A stretch of DNA of 64,000 bases from Octopus bimaculoides. Lineage: Eukaryota. A program made the translations under genes and the position numbers. The DNA lies in contig NC_069004.1 in NCBI RefSeq assembly GCF_001194135.2, forward strand, positions 14,105,964-14,169,963, read 5' to 3'. Positions 25,893 to 39,594 of the stretch are shown here, piece after piece. Positions within the stretch are counted from its first letter, which is position 1. Every line of letters starts with the position of its first letter. Under the pieces are notes generated by a model, which saw only the letters and a program-made list of their open reading frames with translations, was not told where the DNA came from and did no database searches.

Positions 25893-27970
25893 ATCGATAC
25901 AGTCATCAGCTCGCCTCATTTCACTTACATAACAGACAAACCAAAAATATATTTGGCTTAACAGTGGAACATCTATGTAGTCACCAACTCTGCAAAAAAT
26001 GGCAACCAAATTTCTCTCAAATCATAGACTACTATCTTAAAAGAGGAACATTTGATTATCATTTGTTTTTGTTGTAGAAAATTTGTGAAAATTCCCACCA
26101 CATCAGCAACAAGCACTTCCATTTATTCCAGGTCAATGAACAGTTAAGAAGTTCAGCCTGTAAGTTTGTAATTCTGTGTTTGATCCCACTGTGGGGTACC
26201 TTGAGCAAGTATCTTATACCATGCCCTCAGCCTCACTCATATCATCAGAGTGATAATTATTTCTATTTAGCCAGGTAAACTAGATCAAGCAGAGTTGCAT
26301 TTATTGTTCAGGGGTAGAACACATCGACACAAGTGAGATCTGAATTCATGATCAATGTAATCAAGAAGTCCAGCACTTAACCTCCACAACTATTGTACTT
26401 CCCGAAGATCAAATGATCAGAGATTGGTTACTGAAGAGATGTTTTGATTGAATAAGCTTCAGTAAGAGAAGTGTGATGATGTGTTTTAGAATCAATCAGC
26501 AATTAGGAAAACCATAGCCATAGGCGTGGCTATATGGTAAGAAATTTGCTTCAAAACCACATGGTTCTGGGTTCAGTCCCACTGCATGGCACTTGGGCAA
26601 GTGTTTCCTACAATAGTCCTTGGCTGACCAAAGCCATGTGAGAGGATTTTTAGCAAACAGAAATTGAAAGGTGTTCTCTCTGTCTGTCTGTCTCTCTCTC
26701 TCTATGTATATAAATACATACAAAGAGAGAGAGAGAGAGAGAATATTCTTTTATTATTATACTTGTGTCAGTCATTTGACTACAGCCATACTGGATCACC
26801 GTCATTAGTTGAGCAAATTGACCCCAAGATTTATTCTTTGTAAGCCTAGTACTTATTCTATCAGTCTCTTTTACCAAAATCGCTATGTTACGGGCATGTA
26901 AACGCACCAGCAATATTGGGGGTGGTGACAAACACACACACACACACACACATTATATATATATATATATATACACAATGGACTTTTTTCAGTTTTCATC
27001 TATCAAATCTACTCACAAGGCTTTGGTCAGCCTGAGGATTTAGTAGCAGACACTTCCCCAGGGTGCCATGCAGTGGGACTAAACCTGGAACCATGTGGTT
27101 GGTAAGCAAGCTACTTTACACAGCCACTGTGCCTCCATGTCTTGACATCATGTAATAATCGTAAATGACCATCACAGCTGTACAAGCAGTGTCATTCATT
27201 TCCAGTTGATGTACTCGACTAGTACCCACCCCATGAAATTTTAGGCCTTGTGCCTATAGTAGAAAGGATTATTATTATTACTATGATGGTGATGATGATC
27301 CTTGTTTAGATTTGAACTCCCTATACATCCTGGGGTTTTTCCCCCCTTATTAAGTTCTGTTCCTGATACCTGCTTGAATTAATTTAGATCACCACCATTA
27401 CTCAGTCAGTTTCAAAAGCAGCAGCAGCCGCCCCCACAACAACCAAATCTTAACCCATTAACAGGCTTCACTCTTTCTCTCCACCCACCTGCTTTTGTCA
27501 TTATTCTACTCCAAGATATCTTCGTTAATTTAATTCTTGAATCACTAATGACACTCCCTTTATTATTGCATCAACAAGTGGATTGTGGCAGTAGGGTTAT
27601 TGAAAGGAATTAGTGTCGTTCATCAAGTGGAATATTAATTAATAAACTTCATACCTCTCTCTCTGACACTCTTTTCATCCATCTCATTTTTCTGTTTATT
27701 TAGCAAATGAACCATGAAAAGGAACTTTAAGAAATTGATACATTACTCCCTGGCATTTATACTTAGGTGATAGGAATGGAATAAATCTTGAATATATCAA
27801 AGAAGAATACAAAATTGCTTCTTCATCTATTATTATTATTATTATTATTATTAGGCTGCAAGTTAGCACAATTGTTAGCATGCTGGATAAAATGCTTAGC
27901 AGTATTTCGCCCATCTTTATGTTCTGAGTTCAAATGGTAGTCAGAAGTCAATATAGAAATGATAGTTGGG

Positions 27971-28249
27971 CAGTGGTGCCCAACTACCAGGCTCCAATCA
28001 GTACCAGGCTGTGGAATCATTTGGTATAGGGCTGCATAGAAAGAAAATAATTTTTCAATTTTATTTGTATTTTATTGACTATCACAGTCTGCAGGGTGTT
28101 TTTACATTGTATATATGTTATATCAGATAATAATTAAATTTTATATAATGTACTTTCTGTGTTTTGTTATGTGTTTGATTCCCTGGTCCATGGAAAAATT
28201 GTTTTGCATGAAACCAGTCTATAACACAAAAATGGTTGGGGTCCCTCTG
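27971..28249. mobile_element. Degenerate hAT-type MITE
   Basis: CAGTGGTGCCCAAC ... GGTTGGGGTCCCTCTG imperfect TIRs; TSD not convincing. Confidence 0.55.
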
Positions 28250-28512
28250 ATATAGGGACAATAGTAAAACTATAGTGGATGAGGGTAGACAGAAGCTGTT
28301 CAGCTGACAGTTGAAATAGAGTGGACAGTACAGTGGACAAGAGGTTAATATCACTGTAAAACAATTACAAGATGTAAATGTGAATAGGTCATGTGTTAAT
28401 TAGAAATAAGTAAGAAATATCAAGTCAAATTAATTCAGCAAATGTCACTTAATGTACATTACTAGAAATATTAACGTTACAGACTATGTGTGTGTGTGTG
28501 TGTGTGTGTGTA

Positions 28513-28546
<34 letters not shown>

Positions 28547-28789
28547 CACACATATATATATATATATATGTATGTATATATAAATGATGATTTGCGTAGC
28601 TACATGATAGATAAGTCAATTAAGGAAATGAAGTCAGGGTAAGTCCCCGGCCCGTCAGGAATTATTGCTGAGATGCTTAAAATATCTAGCAGAGAGGGAT
28701 TGGCCTAGTCACATGTATAGTTAATCAAGTTGACCAAGGAGGGGTTATACTCAATGACTGGTGTAGCAGTATTATATTCAATTGCTATA

Positions 28790-29580
28790 AGAAGTAATTA
28801 CAGATATATTAAATTGCTGGACCAAGTCATGAAAGTTCCAGAAAGGGTCATGGATCAAGTAATTAGGAAGAGAGTTAGCCAAGATGAGATGCAGTTTGGT
28901 TTTGTGCCAAGGAAAAGCACTAGTGATGTTATCTTCCTTGTAAGGCAACTGCAGAAGAAGCATTTAGCGAAAAATAAACTGCTGTACTTAGCATTCGTTG
29001 ATACGGAGAAAACCTCAGGCAGGGTCTCTTACACCCTTATCTGGTGCTTGCTGCAGAAGCTAGGGGTAGATGTGTGGCTAGTGAGGGCTGTCCAAGCCAT
29101 GTATAGAGATACTGTCAGTAAGGTGAAAGTCAGCAATGAATATAGTAACAAATTTGGAGGGCATGTAGGAGTTCACCAAGGCTCAGTTCTAAGGCCCCCT
29201 CTTGTTTATCATAGTCCTCCAGGCATAAAAATGGAATTTAAACTTGGTTGCCCATGGGAGTTTCTCTTTGCTGATGACCTTGTTCTTATAGCTGAATCTA
29301 TGATAGAATTAGAAAAGAAATATCAGGTGCAGAAGCAAGATCTGGAGTCAAAGGGGCTTAGAGTTCATTTGACAACGAACAAAATATGAGTAAGCAGGAA
29401 AGCAGACAAATTACTAATCCCTTCAGGGAAAGGGACCTGCTTGATATGTAGAAAAAGTGTAGGTAGAAATTCCATACGGTGTATGCAATGCAAGCTATGG
29501 ACATATAAGAGAAGCAATAGAATCAACAGAAAGGTAAACAGAGAAAGTAGTCTTTGTGTGTGACAGATGTGCAGGAATAA
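28790..29580 (+). mobile_element. RTE-clade LINE reverse transcriptase relic with downstream Cys-rich segment
   Basis: ORF 28730-29389 contains YRYIKLLDQVMKVPERV, QFGFVPRKSTSD, LAFVDTEK, VGVHQGSVL and FLFADDLVLIAES. It is followed by degraded GTCLICRKSVGRNSIRCMQCKLW...FVCDRC and is frameshifted. Confidence 0.92.
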
Positions 29581-30272
29581 CAAAAACTAAGAATGTACAG
29601 GAAATAGATTTCCTCCACTGTCCACTGGAGCAGGTGTGTTTACACAACACTGGCATGGGTGCTTTTTAAGTGTAAATACACACACACACACACACACCAC
29701 AGACTTGCACACAGTTTCCACTTATAAAATTCCACATGAGGTAATTAGTCAACCTGTGACCATTGTAGAATATGCTCTTGCCTACAGTACCACATAGCAG
29801 GAGTGACACTGGAATGATATTTTTACTTATTTCAGTCTTTGGATTGTGGTCATGCTGGGGCAATGCTTTGAAAGGGCTTAATCAAACAAATCCTAGTACT
29901 TTTTTGTTTTAAAGCCCAGTACTTACTCTATCAGTTTTCTTTTTGCCAGACTGTTAAGTTATGGGGAAATAAACAAACCAATGCTGGTTGTCAGGCAGTG
30001 GTGGGGAACAAACACACACATACATATATATATATATATACACTAACACACACACACATGATGAGCTTCTTTCAGTTTCCATTTACCAAATCCACTCACA
30101 AAGCTTTGATTAGCCTAGAGTATAGCAGAAGGTAGTTTCCCAAGTAGCTATGCAGTGGGATTGAACTTATAACCTTGTGGCTGAGAAGTAAACTTCTTAC
30201 CACACAGCCATGCCTGCGCCCATAGTTATACAGCAAACTTCTAAACCAAATGGCTAGGACTACTTAAGACAT

Positions 30273-30489
30273 TGGTTTCAAATTTTGACACAATGCCAGC
30301 AATTTCAAAGGAGGTGGGATAAGTTGATTACATCGGCCCCACTGTTCAACTGGTACTTATTTAATCAACCCCGAAAGGATGAAAGGCGAAGTTGACTTTG
30401 GCAGAATTTGAACTCAGGATGTAAAGATGGACAAAATGCCACTAAGCGTATTGCCTAGCAAGCTAATGACTCTGCCAGCTCACTGCCTT

Positions 30490-30536
<47 letters not shown>

Positions 30537-30761
30537 TAATAATAACAATCCTTTCTACTATAGGCACAAAGCCTGAAACTTGGGGGAATGGGACATGTTG
30601 ATTACATTGACCCCAGTGTTTCACTGGTACTTAATTTATTGACTCCGAAAGAATGAAAGGCAAAGTCAACCTCAGGGGAATTTGAACTCAGAATGTAGTG
30701 GTAAATGAAATACCACTAAACATTTTGCTTGGTGGGCTAACAATTCTGCCAGCTCGCTGCC

Positions 30762-30801
<40 letters not shown>

Positions 30802-31010
30802 TGATGATGATGATTAATAAATAAATAAATAAATAATAATGATGATTTCAAATTTTGGCACGAAGCCAGCAATTTCAGAAGAGAGGTTGCCTGATAAAAT
30901 GAAAGGCAAAGTTGACTTCGGTAGAGGTTGAACTCAGAACGTAAACACAGATGAAATGCCTCTAAGCATTTTGCTTGGTGCGCTAGCGATTCTGCAAGCT
31001 CACTGCCTTA
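30273..31010 (-). mobile_element. Three family A SINEs separated by (TAA)n tracts
   Basis: Same consensus; (TAA)n at about 30490-30547 and 30765-30800. Confidence 0.9.
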
Positions 31011-32350
31011 TGGACTACATGAGTTATTGATTTTATTTTGACTAGACTGAAAACCCCAAATTTAAAAGTGCAGATGCAGGGTGGCTAGAAAATAGGATCA
31101 TCAATGATTGTGCATTCTCCAAGAGAAATAGCAATGCAGGTGAAATGGAACGGATACAGATAAAACTATGGAGGTGCATTAGTAATCTCTGTAAGTTTGA
31201 TGTGTTCTATTCTAGTTCTTCTTATCAACAAGTCTTGGGAAAAATAAAAGTATATATCAAAAATACAATAAACAGTGTAAACTTCAAAATGTGAAAAACA
31301 ATGCTTGTTCTTTGAAGTGATAAAAATATCGTAGATCTTATTCACACGAAGAATTATCACTGGCTTCTATAAATTGTATAATATGATTTGTTTCTTCTAG
31401 AAAATAAATCTATTTCTTCAGAAAGAGCAAAGCAAAACATAACAGAAAGAAAAAGAAGACAGAATGAAAATCAGATGAAATAAAAAATTTTGTCACTTAT
31501 TTCAATTAACCATTCCTAAATTAAAAAAAAAAATAAATGAATAAGTGAAATAACGAAAAAAAAAAAAACCTTCTGGAATAACTAACCTTCTTATGACCTT
31601 CAAACCATTAACCTCTAAAATTAGGTGCAGCAGAGCAAGAACAGTATTTTAAGACAAGAGTTAAAAATAATGAAGTCATTTGTATAACATTTTAGCAATT
31701 CCTTATAAATAACTATCAAAAACAAAACAAACAAAAAAAATAATGAATAAAAACAAACAAAAGTAATATAAATCTTTATAATCCGTTTTACTCCAGGGAA
31801 TATAAACCAATCAACCGTTTTTAGATTAGAGAGAAATATGCTTTTTTTCTCAATCCTAAAACATCAGTTTCATAGCAAAATGAATTTGATGCCTTTAACC
31901 ATGAAAAATAAATATATTGTGAAAAATAAAAGAAAAATCCGAAAAAAACTTGAAAATAACTAATTTATCTAAACAGTAAATGAAAGTAAAATAAAACAAA
32001 TAAAAGTAAAATCTGAAGGAATTAAGATTATTACCTTTGCATATTTTACACTAATCAATAGCCAAGCTATAAAGAATTTATAAAGAATCCAATTTGCAAA
32101 TGTTATTAATCTATTTTGCTCCTGCTTTGCAAAGAACTTCAACGAGATGATATAAACATCCACGATTACTGTAATTTTCTTGAAATATGTAATAAAATAT
32201 TGGAGATTTTGTTGTTACCATTGCAAACAAGTGTATATATATATATATATATATAAGGCAAAGTCAACCTACCACTAATTCAACTAGGTAGTAGTAGTAG
32301 TAGTAGTAGTAGTATGAACTAATGAAATAGTTTAATTCTCTAATCATCAT

Positions 32351-32385
<35 letters not shown>

Positions 32386-32631
32386 TGATAATATTCAGAG
32401 TGTTAGACATTGCTGAATGAATTCTGATGCCAGGCCAGATAGATCAGCGANNNNNNNNNNTTTTGTTTTTATATATATATATATATATATATATAAAGAA
32501 CAAACACATAAACTTAGATTCTATTGACAAAGAACCTGATTGTCTTCAATTAACAGAAATTGTTTTTCGCTGATCTATCTGGCCTGGCATCAGAATTCAT
32601 TCAGCAATGTCTAACACTCTGAATATTATCA

Positions 32632-32666
<35 letters not shown>

Positions 32667-34110
32667 ATGATGATTAGAGAATTAAACTATTTCATTAGTT
32701 CATACTACTACTACTACTACTACTACTACCTAGTTGAATTAGTGGTAGGTTGACTTTGCCTTTCATCCTTTTGGGGTCTATAAAATAAGTACCAGTTGAA
32801 TATTGGAGTTGATGTAATCAACTTACTCTCTCCCCTGAAAATCTGCTGGCCTTGTGCCAAAATCTGAGACCATTATCATTATTATTATTATTAAGGTGGT
32901 GAGCTGGCAAATGTGTCACTTCTAGTTTTCTCTGTCCCCACTCACTTCAACCCACCTTCTTAGCTTGAGGTGCCACCTGGACACTTCATCACCACTATTT
33001 AACTCTTTGTGGCTGCTGCTGATTCATTTCTCATTCTCTCCTAATTGTGAGTAGCCATGTAGCTCCCTACAAGAACTTGCTCTACTGCACATCCTTCTCA
33101 CATGCCTTAACCCTAATCTGCAAGTGTAAAACCCCTCCCTTCAGATTTTTAAAGCTTGTAAGCTGCAAAGCAACCTCACCAGAGGCATGAGAAAAGTGCC
33201 CAGTATACACTGTAAGGGTATCCAGTCATAGAGACCATGCCAAAGTAGACATTGGAGCATGAGGCAGTCTTTGGGCCTCTCAGCTCCTTCAAACTATCCA
33301 AACCATGTCAGCATGGAGCATAGACATTAAATGATAATGATCATCATCATCATTTCATTGATCCTATCCATGTTTAAGATTGTTTAAAGCATTTGCTATA
33401 CACATAATTCTTACAGTAATTTTAATAGCATATTCACAATGGAAAGACAAAAAAAAAAAAATGAACCAACCCTTTTCCATGGACAACTGCAAGTATGTCT
33501 TTCTTGATTACATTCACTTTTTGGTGTAATAATCCTTTCTACTATAGACACAAGGCCTGAAATTTTGGGGAGGGGTTAAGTTGATTACATCGACCCAGTA
33601 CTCCACTGGTACTTAATTTACCAACCCCAAAAGGATGAAAGCAAAGTCAACCTCAGCAGGATTTGAACTCAGAATGTAAGCATTTTGCCCGGCACACTAA
33701 CAATTCTGTCAGCTTGCTGCCTTACTTCTTGGAGTAATAATAAAAATTATAACTCAGAAGAGATGACAAGTGTATAACAAAAGATACAGTTTTCAAAGAT
33801 GTTTTCTTCTAAGACTGTATTTTGTGTTTTTCTCCCTCTTCTCATATGGAGTTGGTCTTAATTGGCATTTGGTAATTATGATACACCCTCAAGAGGCAAA
33901 CATGATTTTGATAAATCAAATATTCATGTTGGATGTTATTTGACAAACCAGTATTTGTCTATTCAAATACATGCTGCTGGCCACTGAATTATTTCTCTTA
34001 GGCAATTTTTGTCTAAACTATGCCAATTACCTTAGCCATAACTGTTATCTACTCTGTTTTGTATGTATAAGTCTATGTCTTTTGCCTACTGAAGATAAGG
34101 TTGGACTATT

Positions 34111-34155
34111 GCTGAGCTGATGAAGGCCATTGAGCCAGAAACACACGTCCACAGC
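34111..34155 (+). ncRNA. Candidate minimal type I hammerhead ribozyme (Penelope-like/retrozyme type)
   Basis: GCTGAG CTGATGA A GGC cattga GCC A GAAA C acac GTC CACAGC. Contains the CUGAUGA and GAAA cores, a GGC/GCC stem II, a short stem III, a GUC cleavage triplet (34147-34149), and stem I GCTGAG/CACAGC with one A-A mismatch. Confidence 0.65.
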
Positions 34156-36229
34156 TCTCCTCTTAACTTATAATAGCAAGTCAGTTTTAGAGAATTATTG
34201 ACTCTTGAGGTTATCTCCCCCTCTAAAGTGGAACTGCCATTCAGTAATTATGATATGCCCTCTTGAGTTGGAGATAGTGTTGATAAATCAAGAATTGTCA
34301 TTGTAAGGTATTTAACATACTGGTATTTGTCTATGTTATTCAAATACATTGTTATGGGTATGATTTTAAACTGCATCTGGTAGTGGGACCTCTAGAGTTT
34401 TAAGGAGTGTGAAACCACCTCTTAGCTACTATGGTTCCCAGGTCAACTCTGAGCTGGAGTGGTAGCATCTGTCAGGATCCTGGCTATGGGTTAAATAGAA
34501 TGTATACTATCTGCTCCAAACCCAGGCTATATCTGCTCCGATAATTGGTGGCAACTTGGTCAGCGAATCCTCTGTGATGGTCAACAATTGATAGCAAGAT
34601 GAGCTGCCATGGATCCTATCATCCACAAGTGTGTGTCCATGTGACCGGGGACCACATGTGAATTTGTGTATTCTTACTGAAATTCCAAATGATGAACTAC
34701 AGTTATGGTGTCTGCACTATGTAATGCACTTGCTCCCCTAGTGAGGCATTACTTTGCTAACTGAAACATTAGGGCTGACCGTTAAACATGATCAGCATTC
34801 ATGACGGATGTGGTGAACTCATCGGTTAGAACTATCTCAACCCATCCCATCTGAATGCTGTTCTAAGTACAAGTAAGTAAGTACATGCCACTTTTAGTTA
34901 TTTTTCTTAGCTCATTTTTGCTTAAATTATAGGATTATTGCTTTGCTCGGAGAGAGACAAAATTCATACTTGTTAGAGATAATTCACTGTTTGACAGTTC
35001 AATATTATGTCTATTTAAATAATTTCACCTCTGCAATATTTAAAAAGACACCAATAAAAGTTGAATAGTTTTCTTTCAGTCAATTAAAATTTTGATTACA
35101 TTTTATGAATGTGTTTTTTTTCATGAAGCTTATTGAAAAGGAAACAAAAGATCAATAATTTTCCCCCCTTCCAATCATCTTCTGGAAATATCTCAATATA
35201 ATTATGTCTATAAGTAATAAAGTTGAAAATGTTCATCTTTTAATATCAGCTTCCTGTTCAATATTGCTGGTAATAATTTAACATTGAAACCCCTAAAACG
35301 TGTGTGCATGTGTGTGCTAAGTAAAGTACTGAGGCAGTGTGTATGTGTGCCATAGATAGGTTTATAAATAGCTGAACAATGGGAATAGCTGAACATAGCT
35401 GAACAATGGGAACACAGAACAAAATTAAGAATAACTTGAATAGTTTCACCAGTCATTACCAGCTTATTATGAATGTATATTTCATCCTATCTACGAAGGG
35501 AGAAAGAGAGAAAAGGAAAGGAGAGGAAAGAGAAAGGAAAGGAGAAGGGGAGAGGAGGAGAGAAAAAGAGAGAGAAGGAGAGAAAAGGAGAGAAAAGGAG
35601 AGAGAGGTTAAAGTGGGGAGAGAGTACAGAATACAGCTTCATACATAAAAATGCAGGGAAGAAAGAACGTTGCTTTTGTTTATTTGTATATCAGTGCATT
35701 TGTTGGTATTACAAATAGCAAACTAGATGATGTAAGCAGTCCTGATGAGCTGCTGCACATGACCAGTAAAACTAACAGAATTGTTCACTCTGTTCTGCAG
35801 AAAGAACCCTGTGGCTTTCCTGGGAGCTTTATTTGTATCAAATACGTACATAAATTTATTGCCATGTTAAATCTATATAGTGTGCACTCTATATAGTGGT
35901 TAGCAGACAAAAGGCAACAATATAGGATAGAGAAAGCCTTTTGGTCTTGGTGCATATCATCATGGAACCTCTCTAGTGCTGGTGCCACAATAATATGCAT
36001 CCTGTACACTTTGTAATGTGGTCAGCATTAGGAAGGGCATCCAGCCATAGAAATCGTGTTAAAAATGAAGCATACTGAAATGTGAAGCAAAAAAATGAGA
36101 CTGGATGCCTGGTACCTAGAAAGTCATTAGGCCCTCTACTAGTTGGAGAACAGAATTGGTGGGTGTTCTGACCCAGCATTCAATAGAGGATTAGTGGCAG
36201 GGAAGAGTGACATTCTAGCAGGGACTAGG

Positions 36230-36800
36230 CATCCACAAAAACAAACTGTTAATCTGCTCTGGAGAACTTTCAGACCAGGGACTACCATAGATAATTTCCA
36301 GAAATCCTTGGCCTAGGAGTACTACCAAGGGGCATCAACACTCTGAAATAAACTCTACAGGCATGGAAGTGCTGTTGAATGGACTTGTCTGAGATGTGAG
36401 CAGAAAGATAAAACCATTCTGCATACACTTATTCAGTGACCGGGCATTGCTGACTTGTGGAGTCATGTTGAACAGCAGTTATTGCATGTGGGATGGCTCC
36501 AGTTATCAGCTGAGTCCAAAGTGATAATTACCCAACAGCCCTCCTTTAACTGAGCAGAGAAGGCAGCTGTCCTTTGTCTGGTGGCTACAGTGAAAGAGAT
36601 TGTGTGGTGGATGAGGCTGAAAAGTATGAGGACAGAGTCATTTCTCTTTGGTGGAGCCCTCATCAACTTTTCTATATTTCACTTGGAAAGGAAGGTGAGG
36701 GTGGACAAGGAGGTATTATCCTCATGTGAACTTTTTGAAACGTGGTAGAGAGTGGTGAAGATGGCAAGAGTAGATGGTACCACTTTAAGTATAAGCTTGT
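36230..36800 (+). mobile_element. Tx1/L1-clade LINE ORF2 C-terminal relic
   Basis: Degraded translation FQKSLA*EYYQGA...KLYRHGSAVEWTCLRCEQKDKTILHTLIQ*PGIADLWSHVE...VWW, a decayed CxxC..H..C knuckle typical of L1/Tx1; multiple stops. Confidence 0.7.
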
Positions 36801-36953
36801 GAGTTGAAGAGCAAAATTTGGAGAGGGCACTTGCCCTTGATGTTCAGAGAGATCTTGGATGGTAGGGTTCCTCAATTAACCCCAGAAGTCCTGCATCAGG
36901 AGGATTACATCATTATCATCCCTTTTTGTTGTCTTTTCTTTTATTGATGCATA

Positions 36954-36999
<46 letters not shown>

Positions 37000-38929
37000 T
37001 CAGTTTTTCTATCATTAGATTCTTCATAATCCTCCTACTATGTCTATCTTTGTATTCTACTCCCTCATCCATCACCCTGGTGGCAAATACAAGAAATCAA
37101 TATTATAACCAATGAGCTGGCAGAATCGTTAGCACACTGGGCAAAATACTTAGCAGCATCTCATTCATCTTTAGGTTTTAAGTTCAAATACTGCTGAGGT
37201 TGACTTTGCCTTTCATTCTTTCAGGCTCGATACAATAAGTATCAGTTGAGCGCTGGGGTTGATGGAATCGATTTACCCCTTCCCCTGAAATTGCTGGCCT
37301 TGTGGTAATATTTGAAATCAATAGTATAACTACTACTATTGCTGTAAGATGCAAGAAGTGAGAGGCAGTCACTTCCCTTCGGGGATTGGCCAGGATCCTA
37401 TCTGGCTCCCACTCCTGCATTTAGATTATGTATAGCTCCATGAAGGCTGCAGTATACAGCAGTGGCCACAACCTAGTTTGCAAATGTAACTAATCAGCTA
37501 AACTACATGAGTGAATCAAAGGGCTACGCCTGAAGGTGGGAATGGTTATCCCTTAGTAAACCTGGAAAAGTGGAAAGTGTAGAAGAACCAGCACTGGTAA
37601 ATGGACTTGAAGGTGTAACAGAGGGGTAATGTGTCATGCCATAAGAAAGGGCAAGTCAACATCAGCCAGTCATCATGAAAGGGATTGGGGTCCTATCACA
37701 TATTATCCTCATAAAAATGCCAATGATGATCTAAATAGAAGCAACAAGTAATGAAACTGGAGGACCTTGGCAAGCTGACTCTTGGATATGGAAGGTGCCA
37801 GGCTGATGAAAATATCATCATCACTACTATCTGAATTGTGTCAAATGGAGATGTGTGGATATAGATACATACACATCATCTCTAAGAGACAAGCTTCTGT
37901 ACAGCTTCCAACTACCAAATTTCACTCATGAGGCATAAGTAAAGATGAGGCTGTGGTAGAAGATGCTGAAATCTAAGATACCATATAGTTGTGGTTGAAT
38001 GTAAAACCTACAGCCATCTTAGTCCTCTGAGCCACTGAGGTGAGACCTCCACGTATAAAAAGTGGGATTGGGTTGTGTGGATTGATTCTCACTTTAGAAC
38101 TACTGGGCACAGGAAGGAATGAAAACCCTGCAGCATCAAGGATTGATTTAGTAAATTGAGGACATGCTGCTCTTCCTTGTGATCTTCAGTCAAAGAAACT
38201 GCCATCAATTATACTATCTATCAATGATAAATTAAACCTGCAGAGTTCAGAAGAATAATCAGTAAAAGTAACAATGTTTATAGATTCCCCGAGCAGTACA
38301 ATTGAAGTGTTTGCAACCAGGAATGAAAGAATGAGAAATCATATTAACTGACATTTGCTACAATTTGTCTTACTTATTTACTTATTTCATTTTTATATAC
38401 AGAAAATGTTTCAAATAATTTAAATGTGATTTTAGCAGCACAAACTTTTATTATATTCCTGACAGATATTCAAAGACAAAATGTATTGCAAAAATATAGA
38501 ACTATCAAACTGATAATGTAGAACAAATGAAAAACAAAAAAATCTTCAAATCAAACAAACAAACAAACAAACAAACAAACAGCACCTATGAATTGTAACA
38601 GAAAATTCAAATATAACAAAATGAATTTCAATAAAAGAATGTTGCAATTATTGATTCTTTTTTCCATTCCATAGAGAAACTTAGTAATAGTAGCTTTGGG
38701 AGAGTTTTGAAGAAGAGTGGGGAGACAGGAAAAATTATATACGGAACTAAGTTTAATATTTCAATCGAGTTAGACTTTTTTAAATTTTGTTTTTCAAATA
38801 AAACATATTTTAATGGTTTTCTTTGACAGATGTGTAAAGAACAGAAGGAAAGTGTCATATCTATTTAATGTTATTGTATTTTAGAACATTACTTGGATGT
38901 GCGTGCGTGTGTATGACTTGGGAACATCT

Positions 38930-39563
38930 CATGAGAGTGTTGGATAGAGTGCTTGGTAGTACTCATTCCAACCTTGTGTCTCTGAGTTCAAATTCTGCTG
39001 AGGTCAACTTTGCCTTACATCCTTACAAGGTTAACAAAATAAAGTACCAGTCAAGTGCTGGGGTTGGTATATCTGACGAACTCTCACTGAATTTGAGACC
39101 TTCTTTCTGTTGTAACAAATATGTTGAGCAACAGGTTGGCAGAATTATTACAGCATTGGGTAAGGATGCCTTGCAATATTCATTGCAGTTCGTTACATGC
39201 TGAGTTCAAACCTTACTGAAGTCAATTTTGCTTATTCTTCCTTTCAGTGGCAAAAAAAATAAAATAAAGAACCAGTCAAGCACTGAGATCAAAAGCATCA
39301 ACTAAATTAATTTCCTGAAAGCTACTGGCCTTGCACTTATACTAGAAACAATCATTAAGGGTAGAGCATTGGTAGAATTGCCAGAGAGTTTGCATTATTT
39401 ATTCCGGCTCTTTACGTTCCGAGTTCAAATCCTGCCAAAGTCAACTTCGCTTTTGGGAACAATAAAATAAAGTACCAGTTAAGTACTGACATCAATGTAA
39501 CTGATTTTGCCCCTTCCCTCAAAATTGCTCTTCAAGGGCCGAAATTAGAAAGAATTACTACAA

Positions 39564-39594
<31 letters not shown>

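Noticed and set aside
32036-32169. Possible extra tomosyn exon (AAG|GTAATA donor on minus strand)
   Set aside because: Weak purine-rich acceptor, immediate stop in the required phase, and no tomosyn similarity.
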